Source: a virus
Taxonomy: Duplodnaviria > Heunggongvirae > Uroviricota > Caudoviricetes
DNA length: 64,000 bases
Virus record (IMG/VR): IMGVR_UViG_3300046055_000032
Location: 22,145 to 86,144 of that record
Strand: one strand, 5' to 3'
Shown here: one piece after another, positions 35,833-44,933 of the stretch
Layout: every line of letters begins with the position of its first letter
Position numbering within the stretch: the first letter of the stretch is position 1
The notes under the pieces: generated by a model
The model's database searches: none
What the model was told of the DNA's origin: nothing
The model's input: only the letters and a program-made list of their open reading frames with translations
Made by a program: the position numbers and the translations under genes

Positions 35833-37200
35833 TTACTCGACATAGCCGTATTGCCCGAAGCAGTGACCGTTCTCGCGCACCCGCGGCGGGCACTCCGGTT
35901 TCTCGACGTCAACGCCCCGCTCTCTCTGGAACGCCCACTCACCGAGCTTCTCGGCGTAGTCCAAGTACTGGGGATCGTCGTCGTTGTCGCCCTTGTAGAC
36001 GCCCGCGAAGTCCTGCGCCCACTCCTTGACTTCCTCGACCTGCTCGCTCATCACTTGGATCTCGGCCGGGACGCCATCGACCGTCACGACCACGTGAACG
36101 GCGCGATAGTAACCACCGGCTGGGTCCTCCCGAAACTTGTCGTCCACTTCGCGAACCTCAGCGCCTTCGGCGACGCTCCACTCTTGCAACCGGCGAACGG
36201 TCTGCTCCAGGTCGTCGGACGTGTCCGTGAGGACGCGCATCCCGATGATGTCGTCCATGTGCTCTAACGGATCGTCGTCGTACTCCTCCTTGCGATCCTC
36301 ACGTTTTGTCTTGAGCGACCCGGCATCCTTGAGGCGACCACGGGTCTTGGAACCCGAGAACGCTTCCCTCAAGGATGAGTGAAGGTCGTAGAACGGTTCC
36401 GTGAGTTGACCAACCCACTCGTCGTACTCGTTCTCGCTCGCGCCCATCTCTGGCGCGTCCTGGATGTGCTCCGCCCATGTTCGATCGAACGCGGGCGCGT
36501 GCTCGACCACAGCCTCCCGATCCTCAGCCGCCGCGAGCGCTTTCCGCCGATCGACAAACACCCCACCTTGCGGACCCTCGTGAACGGGAACGCCCTCGGG
36601 CACATCGTCTGGACCCTCCACGTACTGGCGATGATCGGGCGGTGGGAGATCGCCCGGGGTCGTTTGCGTCACGACGATCTCGCCAGTGTTGACGCCAACC
36701 TTCAGGAGCGATGTCTCGATCTCTTCGTTACGCATCGCCTCGAACGAGTTCCCGGTCGCCTGCCGAGCATCATCCAGCGATCCGTAGATGCTTACGTGCG
36801 GGTGATCGAGTTCCTGGTCGAACGCGTCGCGTTTCCAGTCAAGGTAAACGTCGCTCTCCGGGAAGTCAACCGCAACGCCCACGACCTTACCGTCCTCGTC
36901 GATGACCCGATAACAGGAACCATCCCCGAACCAGTTCCCGTCCTCTTGCTTCACGATCACTTCACCCGTCTCGGGATCAATGTCGTGATCCACGACCCTG
37001 TCAAGCGACACAAGCCCGTCCTCCTCGTCTTGTTCTTCGCGCAGCTGCTCCTCGAACTCGGACCCCGGTGCCTCCTCACGCATCCACTGACTTTTCACAG
37101 CGACGCGCTGCTCGACATCGCGTTGCTCGTCCCCGTCGCGTCTCCCCTCATGCAGCCAGTGAGCGTTCCTCTCGCTCTCACGCCAATCGATCGTGATCAT
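35833..37200 (-). CDS. RelA/SpoT-like nucleotidyltransferase (small-alarmone-synthetase/toxSAS-like) domain protein
   Basis: C-terminal SGSKTRGRLKDAGSLKTK...DDIIGMRVLT...GGYYRAVHVVVTVDGVPAEIQVMSEQ..W matches the GRVKs..Si..K / DliGiRii / YrSlHlvv...EiQiRT motifs of the RelA_SpoT synthetase fold; the start is set to the internal ATG that gives an ATGA overlap; carries the shared QYVEGPDDVPEGVPVHEGPQGGVFVD motif. Confidence 0.6.
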   Translation of the reverse strand: MITIDWRESERNAHWLHEGRRDGDEQRDVEQRVAVKSQWMREEAPGSEFEEQLREEQDEEDGLVSLDRVVDHDIDPETGEVIVKQEDGNWFGDGSCYRVIDEDGKVVGVAVDFPESDVYLDWKRDAFDQELDHPHVSIYGSLDDARQATGNSFEAMRNEEIETSLLKVGVNTGEIVVTQTTPGDLPPPDHRQYVEGPDDVPEGVPVHEGPQGGVFVDRRKALAAAEDREAVVEHAPAFDRTWAEHIQDAPEMGASENEYDEWVGQLTEPFYDLHSSLREAFSGSKTRGRLKDAGSLKTKREDRKEEYDDDPLEHMDDIIGMRVLTDTSDDLEQTVRRLQEWSVAEGAEVREVDDKFREDPAGGYYRAVHVVVTVDGVPAEIQVMSEQVEEVKEWAQDFAGVYKGDNDDDPQYLDYAEKLGEWAFQRERGVDVEKPECPPRVRENGHCFGQYGYVE

Positions 37201-39248
37201 ACCGGGACTGCCTCCTGCCATTGCTCGATCGCTTCCTCCCACGCCCGCTGGAACGCTGTCTCGGACGGTTCGTGAACATCGTCCAAACGGTACACGGCCT
37301 CTTCCGGGCTCGCCACGACGTACTCGGCTTCGTCGTCGAAAAGACCCGGGCCCGTCATCCAAGACGTGGCGATGTTCTCCACGGGAACGCGAGCACTCAG
37401 CACCACGTCACCGAAATCTTGCGCGACTTCCGGGTCGGCCGTCCACGATTCGAGCGCGCGATGCTGGACGGCCAGCTGCTCCTCGTTCCCTTCCTCTTTC
37501 GCGCGCCGTAGCTCGTCCGCGATCTCGCCACTGACGCCGCGGTACATTGTGACGGTGTCCGTGTCCGGGTCGTACGTCGGGTCCACGTCACGCACGAACG
37601 CTTGCGTGAACGCGGCCATGCGCGCCATGTGCTCGGCGTCCCGTTGCCCAACGCCAAACGACTCCGAGCGCTTCTGTTCCTCGGCCAGGATGCCGGGATG
37701 CACGAACGAGTTCCCGGTCTTCTGCACCGCCCACGCCCACATCGGTAACGTGGACGGTTCCTCAGGGCTCTGGCCCCAACTGTCCGTCGCGTTAACGGCT
37801 TCCGGGAGCTTCTCCACTAACTGTTCCCCGATCTTACTGTAAAGCGGGCCGGCGTGCAGTTCCTCGAACGTTGATGTCTCACCGATCGTCACTTCGTCAG
37901 CGTTCGTCTTGACCAGGTTCTTGAGATGCGACGACGCGGCCTCGCGGTAATCCGTTTCGTCGAGGCGTTCCCGGATCGCGTCCCAGTCGATGCCGTCCAC
38001 CAGCTTTTCGCCGTACTGTTCCGCGTCCTGGATCGAGACCGTCTCGCTCACGCGGCTCGATTCGTGCGCCGCGTCGCTGGTCTCGACTTGCTCCGACGCG
38101 ACGTCGTGACCCGTCGCGGAAACGTGCCCGCCGAGACCGGACGGCGTCTCGAAACAGTGACCCGGCACGTCACAGTACTCTTCACCCTGCTTGTGGATGC
38201 GCGTCATCTGTAACTCGGCACCGACCGGCGCGTCGAGCAGCTCCGAAACGTACCGTCTCGTTTTCCCGATGCCGTCCGAGTCAACGTCCCGGAGACGATC
38301 CACCCACTCGTTGCGGACAGCGACCGCCTCTTCGTTGTACAGTTGCCAGCGCTCCTCCTGGTCCATGATGTTAACGTTCTCGCGCGTGTAGGTGTCACCG
38401 TCCGGGTCCCCAGCGACGAGCACCTCTGCCTCCTCACCCCCGAACAGTCCCGAGGACAGCCAGGAACCAATAACGCGCTCCACGGGAACGCGCGTCGAGA
38501 TGACGACGCCGTGGTTGTCCTCGGCAAAGTTGCCCGCCACGACAGGGTTGGCCGTCCACGACTCCACTGCCCGATGCGTGACGTCCGCTTCGTCGGTCGA
38601 TGGGCCCACGCCCGAGCGGATGAGTTGGTCAAGCTCTTCCTGAAAGTGCTCCGCGCCCGTGCCGCGGAACACTTCGATGGTGTCGGTGCCCGGGTCGTAG
38701 GTCGGATTCCACTCCCGATGCAACGCTTGGTCCAACGCCGCCGCCTGCTCGAACTGTTCAGCCTGCTCGGGCGACAGGTCGTGCTCCGCCACTTCTTCCT
38801 CCACGTCCGGGTGAAGCTTGTCAACGCCGTACTTCTCGCGCGCCCACGCCCACACCGGGACCGTCGCCTCGCTGTTCGGCCAGCCGCCGAAACGGTTCAG
38901 CGCGTCCGGTGTGACGTCCTCGATCTCCCCGGGCGCTTCGACCAGGCGGAACGGTTCCTCGAACTGTTCGTACTCCTCCATCGTCATGCGGGAGGGATCA
39001 AGGCCGTTCTCCCAGTCGGACAGGGGCGCTTGCTCTAACCGTTCCTGCACAGCGTCACGGTACCCTTCTGCAAGCGTCGCCGGTGATGCGCCTGCGACAC
39101 CTGACGACTCGGCTTCGTCCTCATCAACGCTCCCCTCCGACTCGTAGTACAAGCCACCGCGCGGTCCTTCATGGATCTCGACGCCGTTCGGCGCTTCCGA
39201 AGGATCGTCAATGTAGATGTTCGCTTTCGCAGCGCGCTTCCCCGTCAT
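37197..39248 (-). CDS. protein with two tandem ADP-ribosyltransferase-like (R-S-E) domains
   Basis: Two homologous roughly 170-aa segments, each with FRG/YRG (Arg), ESWTA (S-x-T) and GGEEAEVLV / DDEAEYVV (E-x-E) in the order and spacing of ART toxins; N-terminal shared motif IYIDDPSEAPNGVEIHEGPRGGLYYES. Confidence 0.55.
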   Translation of the reverse strand: MTGKRAAKANIYIDDPSEAPNGVEIHEGPRGGLYYESEGSVDEDEAESSGVAGASPATLAEGYRDAVQERLEQAPLSDWENGLDPSRMTMEEYEQFEEPFRLVEAPGEIEDVTPDALNRFGGWPNSEATVPVWAWAREKYGVDKLHPDVEEEVAEHDLSPEQAEQFEQAAALDQALHREWNPTYDPGTDTIEVFRGTGAEHFQEELDQLIRSGVGPSTDEADVTHRAVESWTANPVVAGNFAEDNHGVVISTRVPVERVIGSWLSSGLFGGEEAEVLVAGDPDGDTYTRENVNIMDQEERWQLYNEEAVAVRNEWVDRLRDVDSDGIGKTRRYVSELLDAPVGAELQMTRIHKQGEEYCDVPGHCFETPSGLGGHVSATGHDVASEQVETSDAAHESSRVSETVSIQDAEQYGEKLVDGIDWDAIRERLDETDYREAASSHLKNLVKTNADEVTIGETSTFEELHAGPLYSKIGEQLVEKLPEAVNATDSWGQSPEEPSTLPMWAWAVQKTGNSFVHPGILAEEQKRSESFGVGQRDAEHMARMAAFTQAFVRDVDPTYDPDTDTVTMYRGVSGEIADELRRAKEEGNEEQLAVQHRALESWTADPEVAQDFGDVVLSARVPVENIATSWMTGPGLFDDEAEYVVASPEEAVYRLDDVHEPSETAFQRAWEEAIEQWQEAVPV

Positions 39249-40180
39249 CGATCCCCGTCACCTCGTTCTTGCTCGGGCTCCACGATACCGGTACGGAAAT
39301 GCCGGTGACGGCACCTGGGATGCGGGAGCGGGAAGTTGTCGTCGCGGACAGGGTCCCACGAGGGGTTCCCCAGGTCCGGGTACTCGGGGTGCTGTCCCGT
39401 GCTGACGTCAATAATGAGTTCTTTCAGTTCCGGTTTCGGGATGCCGCCCTCGCTCTCCTCCATGATGACGCGGCACACGTCGCACGTTTTCTCGTCGTTC
39501 ACGGTCCCGAACTCGTACAAGAAGGAACGGTCCGTGCGCTCCTCCGCTTCATCGTACGCTTCGTCGCGCGCCGTCTGGTACACTTTCCACGTTTCCGTGG
39601 ACGCGATGCGCTCCAACTGGGAACGTACCTCGTGCCCGATCTCTTGTACGAGACGCGAACTGATGCGCCCCGGACTCACGCGCCCGTCACGGTACGCTTC
39701 AAGAATCACTTCCCGGATCGTGCGCGCCTGCTCGTTCGTAAAGGACGCGAACGTGTCCGCTAACGTTTCCTCACTTAACGCTTGCTGGAACGAGCGTTCG
39801 TGCCGTGGCGAGAACGCCATCGAGACGCCCACGCCCGTCGCGACGTCCTGTAGCCCGCGAACGTACGTGTCGCGTAACCGTGACTCCATGATGGACTGCA
39901 TACGGTCCGCGGTCCGTTCCGAAATATTGTTCACGAGCTGGTTCAGTTCGTCCGGTGACGCGTGCCGATGCTGCGGCAACGCCTCCAACTCTTCCCGCAA
40001 GACGCGATCCAGATCCCGCGACAAGCGCTCCTCCGCGACGTCAGCGCCGCTCTGCTTCCGCAACCATCGCGCCGCTTCCTGGTGCTTGCGCAGGAACGCA
40101 TGAAAGTTCGCGAGCCGGTTCTCGGCCGTGCTTTGTCCCAGTTCCAGTACGTGCTGGTTCGCGCGAAAGATCGGGTTCAT
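39245..40180 (-). CDS. phage Mu gpF-like minor head (head morphogenesis) protein
   Basis: C-terminal PLPHPRCRHRH matches the conserved 'hPnCRC' signature of Phage_Mu_F; located just downstream of the portal. Confidence 0.65.
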   Translation of the reverse strand: MNPIFRANQHVLELGQSTAENRLANFHAFLRKHQEAARWLRKQSGADVAEERLSRDLDRVLREELEALPQHRHASPDELNQLVNNISERTADRMQSIMESRLRDTYVRGLQDVATGVGVSMAFSPRHERSFQQALSEETLADTFASFTNEQARTIREVILEAYRDGRVSPGRISSRLVQEIGHEVRSQLERIASTETWKVYQTARDEAYDEAEERTDRSFLYEFGTVNDEKTCDVCRVIMEESEGGIPKPELKELIIDVSTGQHPEYPDLGNPSWDPVRDDNFPLPHPRCRHRHFRTGIVEPEQERGDGDR

Positions 40181-40425
40181 CGATGCGCCTCCCAGTCCGT
40201 GAGCGTCACCATGCGGTGCCAATCACAGTCCTCGTTCGGGCAGATCACGCTCGGCTCAACGTTCCCGTTCGCGCCGATCTCGTGCTCGGGATGAAGGCGC
40301 GCGACGTGTCCGCGCGGACATCGCATCCAGACGGTCCCGCTCGCCGCCAAGTACCAGGTTAACGGGTCGTCGAGGTTCTCGTCGTGCGTTAACGTGCTCG
40401 TCGGGTCCGCGATCCCGGGCGTCAT
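40177..40425 (-). CDS. small Cys/His protein (82 aa)
   Basis: Internal ATG of track ORF 40177..40446; CPRGH...CPNEDCDWH. Confidence 0.4.
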   Translation of the reverse strand: MTPGIADPTSTLTHDENLDDPLTWYLAASGTVWMRCPRGHVARLHPEHEIGANGNVEPSVICPNEDCDWHRMVTLTDWEAHR

Positions 40426-40589
40426 CGGAACGTTTCCTCCCACCACTCTTGCGCGAGCCGTTCCGCGTTCTCGTCACCGTACACGCCGCTTAACAAGCTT
40501 CGCTTCCAGCCCAACATGCAGGAACGACACATAGGCGCCGTCGATCCGTCGACACGCTCTGCTTCTGGTTCCCCGCACCCGCACGTCAT
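40422..40589 (-). CDS. small Zn-ribbon protein (55 aa)
   Basis: Internal ATG (MTCGCGEPEAE...CRSC). Confidence 0.35.
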   Translation of the reverse strand: MTCGCGEPEAERVDGSTAPMCRSCMLGWKRSLLSGVYGDENAERLAQEWWEETFR

Positions 40590-40647
40590 GGGTGACCCCC
40601 GTGACCGTTCACGCACCGGCCCACCCGATGCGGCAAACCGGAACGAT

Positions 40648-42699
40648 TCACCGACCCCCACCTCCTTGGCCGCCGCCGAGACCGCCGCCTTGGCCTTGTG
40701 GCGCGCCGCCAAGACCGCCTTGCCCGCTACCCATGCCGCCGCTGGGGAGGCCTCCCATGCCGCTTGAGCCGCTGCCTTGCCCGCCGGGCGATGCGTCCGG
40801 CACGTCCTCCGGCTCGACCGGGAACTCGAACTCGCCCGTCTCCGGGTTCCGGCCTTTCGGCGGGAAACCGAGCTGCTGCATGGACATCGCGAAGTTCGCG
40901 CGCATCGTTTTCTCCTGCAACTGCTGCATCTCGTCCTCTAACTCGACCGGCGCCAACTGTAACTCCCACTCGTTAACGCTAACGCGCCCCTCACCGTCGC
41001 ACAGACCGCACTGCTCGTTGTCGAAGCCCTCCCATTTGCTGCGCTCCTCGCACTCCGGGCACGGCAACCGGATCAAGTTCAACAACGCCGGAAAGATCTC
41101 TTCGTTATAGATGCACTGTCCCTTCTTCGCGCCGAGTAACGTGACTTGCCATTGCGTGGGGCCCTGGTTCTGGAGACCGACCGCGTCCACGTTCCCGTGA
41201 AACACGGGCGCCACGTCGTACGCGCTCCCGATGCGGCGATAGAACTCGTCGCGGACTTGCTCGAACTGCATCTCCTCCGGCAGCCGCGAGAACTCCATGT
41301 ATTGCGGCATCGCGGAACTGTCACCCGGATCGAAACCGAACTTCGGCACGTAATGACCGTCCTGGCTCACGTTCCGATCCTCCGCGCTTTTCCACATCGC
41401 CTGCACGCTATCCGGGTTCCGCGTCGGGATGAACAACGCGCTGCGCGGCATACGCTCCTCCTCGTAGAACGTCCGCATGAAGCGCTCCATCGAGAGGAGC
41501 GTTTTCGCCATGTCGTAGACGCTCACGAGCGGGGACGTCCCGTACCCGTAACTGGGATCGAACTTCGTAGCGTGCACGACCTCGCCCGGGAAACCGCTCT
41601 CCGGGTCCGGTCCCACGTAATACTCGACGATGTTCTCGCTGCCGCCACCCTGCTGACCGGTCGAGGAGCCGCCCGTACCGGGCTCCACGGCCACCCACCA
41701 TACCTCGTGCAGCTTCCGCCCGCACTGCTCGCACTCGCCCGGTTCCTCGTACACTTTCCCTTGACTCGGAACGTTACCGACGCTCCCCGGCGACGGGTGC
41801 GAGTACGCGTCCTCGTCACCGTCCGCGAACGGTTCGCGCCGCCACTGTTCCGAGCCGTCATCGTAACGGTACGCCTCGTCTGGTCGTGGTCTGTGACGAA
41901 GACAAATCCAGTACCGTCCACCGGGCGTCATGAGGCGCGGATGAACGACTTTCTGGAAATTGCGCGGGTCAGCAACGAACACTTCGCGCGTGATCCAGTC
42001 CTTGATGTGACCGTCCCCGTCAATGTCGTAATCGGCGAGATGAATCATCAAGCCGTCGTCCACGATGTCGAGATGCTTCTCGAAGATGCGGAGCGCCGTC
42101 ATGAAGTCGTGACCGTTCCGATCCACTTTCTCGAAAAAATCCTCGACGGCCGCCACGACGCGCCGATCCGGTTCCGCGAACCAGTCAACGTCCGGCGGGA
42201 AACGTACGCCCTCGTCCGTTTCGACGGGCTTGTCATCGTCGCCAGGCATCGGGCCGCTCGGGTCCTCCGCCTCCCCTCCCCCGGGACCAGCGGGCGCCGA
42301 CTCGCCGCTCACACCGCTTGGAGCAGCGTCCTCGTTCTCGCGCTCGGTCTCGTACTCGTTCGCGTCCAGTGCGGTATGTGCACCGCACTCCCGGCACCAG
42401 TCCGGTTCCTCGTCCACGCCGTACTCTTCACGGCACACTTTACATTTCGCGCCGTACGTTGGCTGCCATTCGTAACCGTTCATCAGGATGGTGTCCCGCA
42501 ACGCTTGAACGCTTTTACGAACGGCATTGTTTTTACGGTACAGTTCGTACAGTTCGTTGATGCCAACCTCACCGAACCCGTCGCGATTCAACGGTCCGGC
42601 ACGGTCGCGCTGCAACGGGCCCGCGCGCCGATCCGGCATCACGCCACGCGACGCGAGCCCGGCCTTGAACAAGCGAGCCGTTCGCGACCAATCAACCAT
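40648..42699 (-). CDS. portal protein with embedded Zn-ribbon inserts and a Gly-rich C-terminal tail
   Basis: 683 aa; lies between the terminase and MuF/protease genes; CKVCREE...CRECGAH, CEQCGRK, CPECEER...CGLCDGEG inserts; C-terminal (GGxG)n. Confidence 0.7.
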   Translation of the reverse strand: MVDWSRTARLFKAGLASRGVMPDRRAGPLQRDRAGPLNRDGFGEVGINELYELYRKNNAVRKSVQALRDTILMNGYEWQPTYGAKCKVCREEYGVDEEPDWCRECGAHTALDANEYETERENEDAAPSGVSGESAPAGPGGGEAEDPSGPMPGDDDKPVETDEGVRFPPDVDWFAEPDRRVVAAVEDFFEKVDRNGHDFMTALRIFEKHLDIVDDGLMIHLADYDIDGDGHIKDWITREVFVADPRNFQKVVHPRLMTPGGRYWICLRHRPRPDEAYRYDDGSEQWRREPFADGDEDAYSHPSPGSVGNVPSQGKVYEEPGECEQCGRKLHEVWWVAVEPGTGGSSTGQQGGGSENIVEYYVGPDPESGFPGEVVHATKFDPSYGYGTSPLVSVYDMAKTLLSMERFMRTFYEEERMPRSALFIPTRNPDSVQAMWKSAEDRNVSQDGHYVPKFGFDPGDSSAMPQYMEFSRLPEEMQFEQVRDEFYRRIGSAYDVAPVFHGNVDAVGLQNQGPTQWQVTLLGAKKGQCIYNEEIFPALLNLIRLPCPECEERSKWEGFDNEQCGLCDGEGRVSVNEWELQLAPVELEDEMQQLQEKTMRANFAMSMQQLGFPPKGRNPETGEFEFPVEPEDVPDASPGGQGSGSSGMGGLPSGGMGSGQGGLGGAPQGQGGGLGGGQGGGGR

Positions 42700-42893
42700 T
42701 CACGTACTCCTCCCACAAGTAGACCGCGACGCCCGCGAGAACGCCACCCAACACGTAACCCGCGGCTCCGATCAACGTCACGGCCCAGCCTCCTCCACGC
42801 CCGGGCACGGTCCCCGATGCAAGCCGCGAGCGTGGGATCGCAGCTCGTCACCGTCAACGGGCACCTTGCTGTCACAGGTCGGGCACGTAACGT

Positions 42894-43205
42894 TCACGGT
42901 TCGTCCTCCTCCGCTTGCATGACGAGCAACTTCACGTCGTCCCCGTTCTCGAAGTACGTTCGCAGGAAGCTCGCGACTTCCGTCCGATCCACGAGCGCGT
43001 CCGCGCCGCCTTGCCCGTCGCCGCGGAAACGGATACCGCCTTCGAGCACGAACGCGCCAAAGTCTTCCAGCAACGTTTCGCGTTTCCGGTCAATGTACTG
43101 TTTCGCTTCCTTGCGCGCGATGCGGGCAATGTCGTCTTTCGCCCACCGGCGCTCTTCATAGTACTCGGCATCCGACGGACCGGGATCATCGTTGTCGTCA
43201 GACAT
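42894..43205 (-). CDS. hypothetical acidic protein
   Basis: Internal ATG (MSDDNDD) of the track ORF. Confidence 0.45.
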   Translation of the reverse strand: MSDDNDDPGPSDAEYYEERRWAKDDIARIARKEAKQYIDRKRETLLEDFGAFVLEGGIRFRGDGQGGADALVDRTEVASFLRTYFENGDDVKLLVMQAEEDEP

Positions 43206-43261
43206 GGTGCCGCTCCTCTTGCTTGATAAGGGTTCGTCGTAGCATGGCCAGCCACAGCACG

Positions 43262-43732
43262 TCAACGACCGCTTGTCTTGTGTTGTCGAACATCGTTGGC
43301 CGTCACTTCCGCATCGCTCTCGTCGTCGCCCTGTTTCAGGCGAGCCACTTCTCGCTGCAACTCCTCGTACTCTTGCAGCTTGTCTTTCGCTTCACTGTAC
43401 TTGTCCTTGAGCCGCTCGTGCTTCGTCTCCATCTCGGCGAGGCGCTCGTTGATCTTGCGCTGCCGGTGATGATCCTGTTGCGCGCCGCGCGCCATCTGTT
43501 GCTCGAACTTGACGGCCGCCTTCTCCTGCTCGGACAAGTTCTCCTCCGGGAACAGTGCCGGGTGAATGTACAAGTCCCACGCAAAGAACAAGCACCAAAC
43601 GGTAGCCGTCACGAAACCCACCCACCGCCGCCAAAAGAACGCTGACAGGGACGTCCCGACGAACATCATCGTATTGTACCACAGGAACGTGTGCGCTTCC
43701 GTACGCGGCCAATCGAACAACGTCACGGGCAT
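43262..43732 (-). CDS. membrane protein (2 TM) with a C-terminal coiled-coil
   Basis: FLWYNTMMFVGTSLSAFFW and VGFVTATVWCLFFAW helices, followed by an ERLAEMETKHERLKDKYSEAKDKLQEYEELQREVARLK coiled-coil. Confidence 0.5.
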   Translation of the reverse strand: MPVTLFDWPRTEAHTFLWYNTMMFVGTSLSAFFWRRWVGFVTATVWCLFFAWDLYIHPALFPEENLSEQEKAAVKFEQQMARGAQQDHHRQRKINERLAEMETKHERLKDKYSEAKDKLQEYEELQREVARLKQGDDESDAEVTANDVRQHKTSGR

Positions 43733-43877
43733 TCCCCCAACGAGACCAACGCTCGCAACGAACTGTTAGTCGTCATCACTCGCCTCCGCGTCACGGATCA
43801 CGTCCCCGGCCAGCGTGACGGTCGTCCACTGGTCGCCGTCCCGGTGACGGAGACGGAGACGTGACGCCTCGATCCCG

Positions 43878-44072
43878 TTACCCGTCATCGCGAACCACTC
43901 CCGCCAACGCTTCACTGTAACGGCACAACCGCTCCGCGGCCCCCTGATCCATGACCATGTTCATCTCCATCCATAGACAGATCTGGATCGCCTGGTGCGG
44001 GTGAGCGTTCGCGAACCGGTTCAGGTTCGCCATCTCGGTCTCGTCCAATTGCGCGAACTGGAACTTATCCAT
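43878..44072 (-). CDS. hypothetical (64 aa)
   Basis: Internal ATG (MDKFQFAQ). Confidence 0.4.
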   Translation of the reverse strand: MDKFQFAQLDETEMANLNRFANAHPHQAIQICLWMEMNMVMDQGAAERLCRYSEALAGVVRDDG

Positions 44073-44259
44073 GCTCGACACTCCGCAACGCTTTCTCCGC
44101 GTTCCTGTGCATGTGCTCGACGAGCACCAATAAACGCTCCGCGTCCTCCGCCGGTAACGTGCCGTCGTCACGCAACGCCTCGACGCGATCACGTACGCTT
44201 GCCGCGGCGCCGATCACGCGCCCCACGTACGTGGCCTGCGAGAGGTCGTTACGCGCCAT
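44065..44259 (-). CDS. hypothetical (64 aa)
   Basis: ORF. Confidence 0.4.
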   Translation of the reverse strand: MARNDLSQATYVGRVIGAAASVRDRVEALRDDGTLPAEDAERLLVLVEHMHRNAEKALRSVEHG

Positions 44260-44473
44260 GATGCGCCGCCTCTTGCTGTGCGTGCCAGCCGCACAAGTGA
44301 ACCGTAACGTTCACGGCACGATCCACGAGTCGAACCTCGTACGTGAGCCTTGCCTCCGCGGATCGCGGGCAACGGTACCCGTCCGAGCGATCCCGGATCT
44401 CGCATGTCGGCGAGTCCTCGTCCCCCGGCAACGGTTGCACGCTTCGGAACTGTAAGACGTGACGGTCACTCAT
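44249..44473 (-). CDS. small Cys protein (74 aa)
   Basis: ORF; CEIRD...CPRS...CGWH. Confidence 0.4.
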   Translation of the reverse strand: MSDRHVLQFRSVQPLPGDEDSPTCEIRDRSDGYRCPRSAEARLTYEVRLVDRAVNVTVHLCGWHAQQEAAHHGA

Positions 44474-44732
44474 CGCGTTCCTCCAACGTGGGCGCGCCCA
44501 AGTACACGGCCAACCGGTCGAGCAAACACACGGGGCACCGACCCGGGACCGGGACGCCGCTAAGGCGCGGCTCGTTCGTCATGAACGCTCGCCCGCACTC
44601 CGGGCACTCGTAACGTTCCCGATCCGTGACGTTCACGGCGTTCCGTGGTGTCGTATCGTTCCCACCCAACGATAACGTGCCCCACTCAGCGTGCCTCGTA
44701 CCGTTGCCGTTCGATGATTCGTTGCTGGACAT
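44466..44732 (-). CDS. Zn-ribbon protein (88 aa)
   Basis: Internal ATG (MSSNESS); CPECGRAF...CPVC. Confidence 0.4.
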   Translation of the reverse strand: MSSNESSNGNGTRHAEWGTLSLGGNDTTPRNAVNVTDRERYECPECGRAFMTNEPRLSGVPVPGRCPVCLLDRLAVYLGAPTLEERDE

Positions 44733-44933
44733 GAACGTCACACTCCCAATTCCCGCTTCGCCCACTCACCGCGCACGTCCCGGAACGCTTCCGCGCGGAG
44801 ACGTCCCCCGCACTGCTCCCGCTCGCGATGCTGCTCACCTTGATGCTCGGCCGACGCCTGGGTCCGGAACAATGTTTGCGCGTTGCTGCCGCACGAGCAC
44901 ATCCACACGTAACCGTCCCGGTTCGTTGACGAG

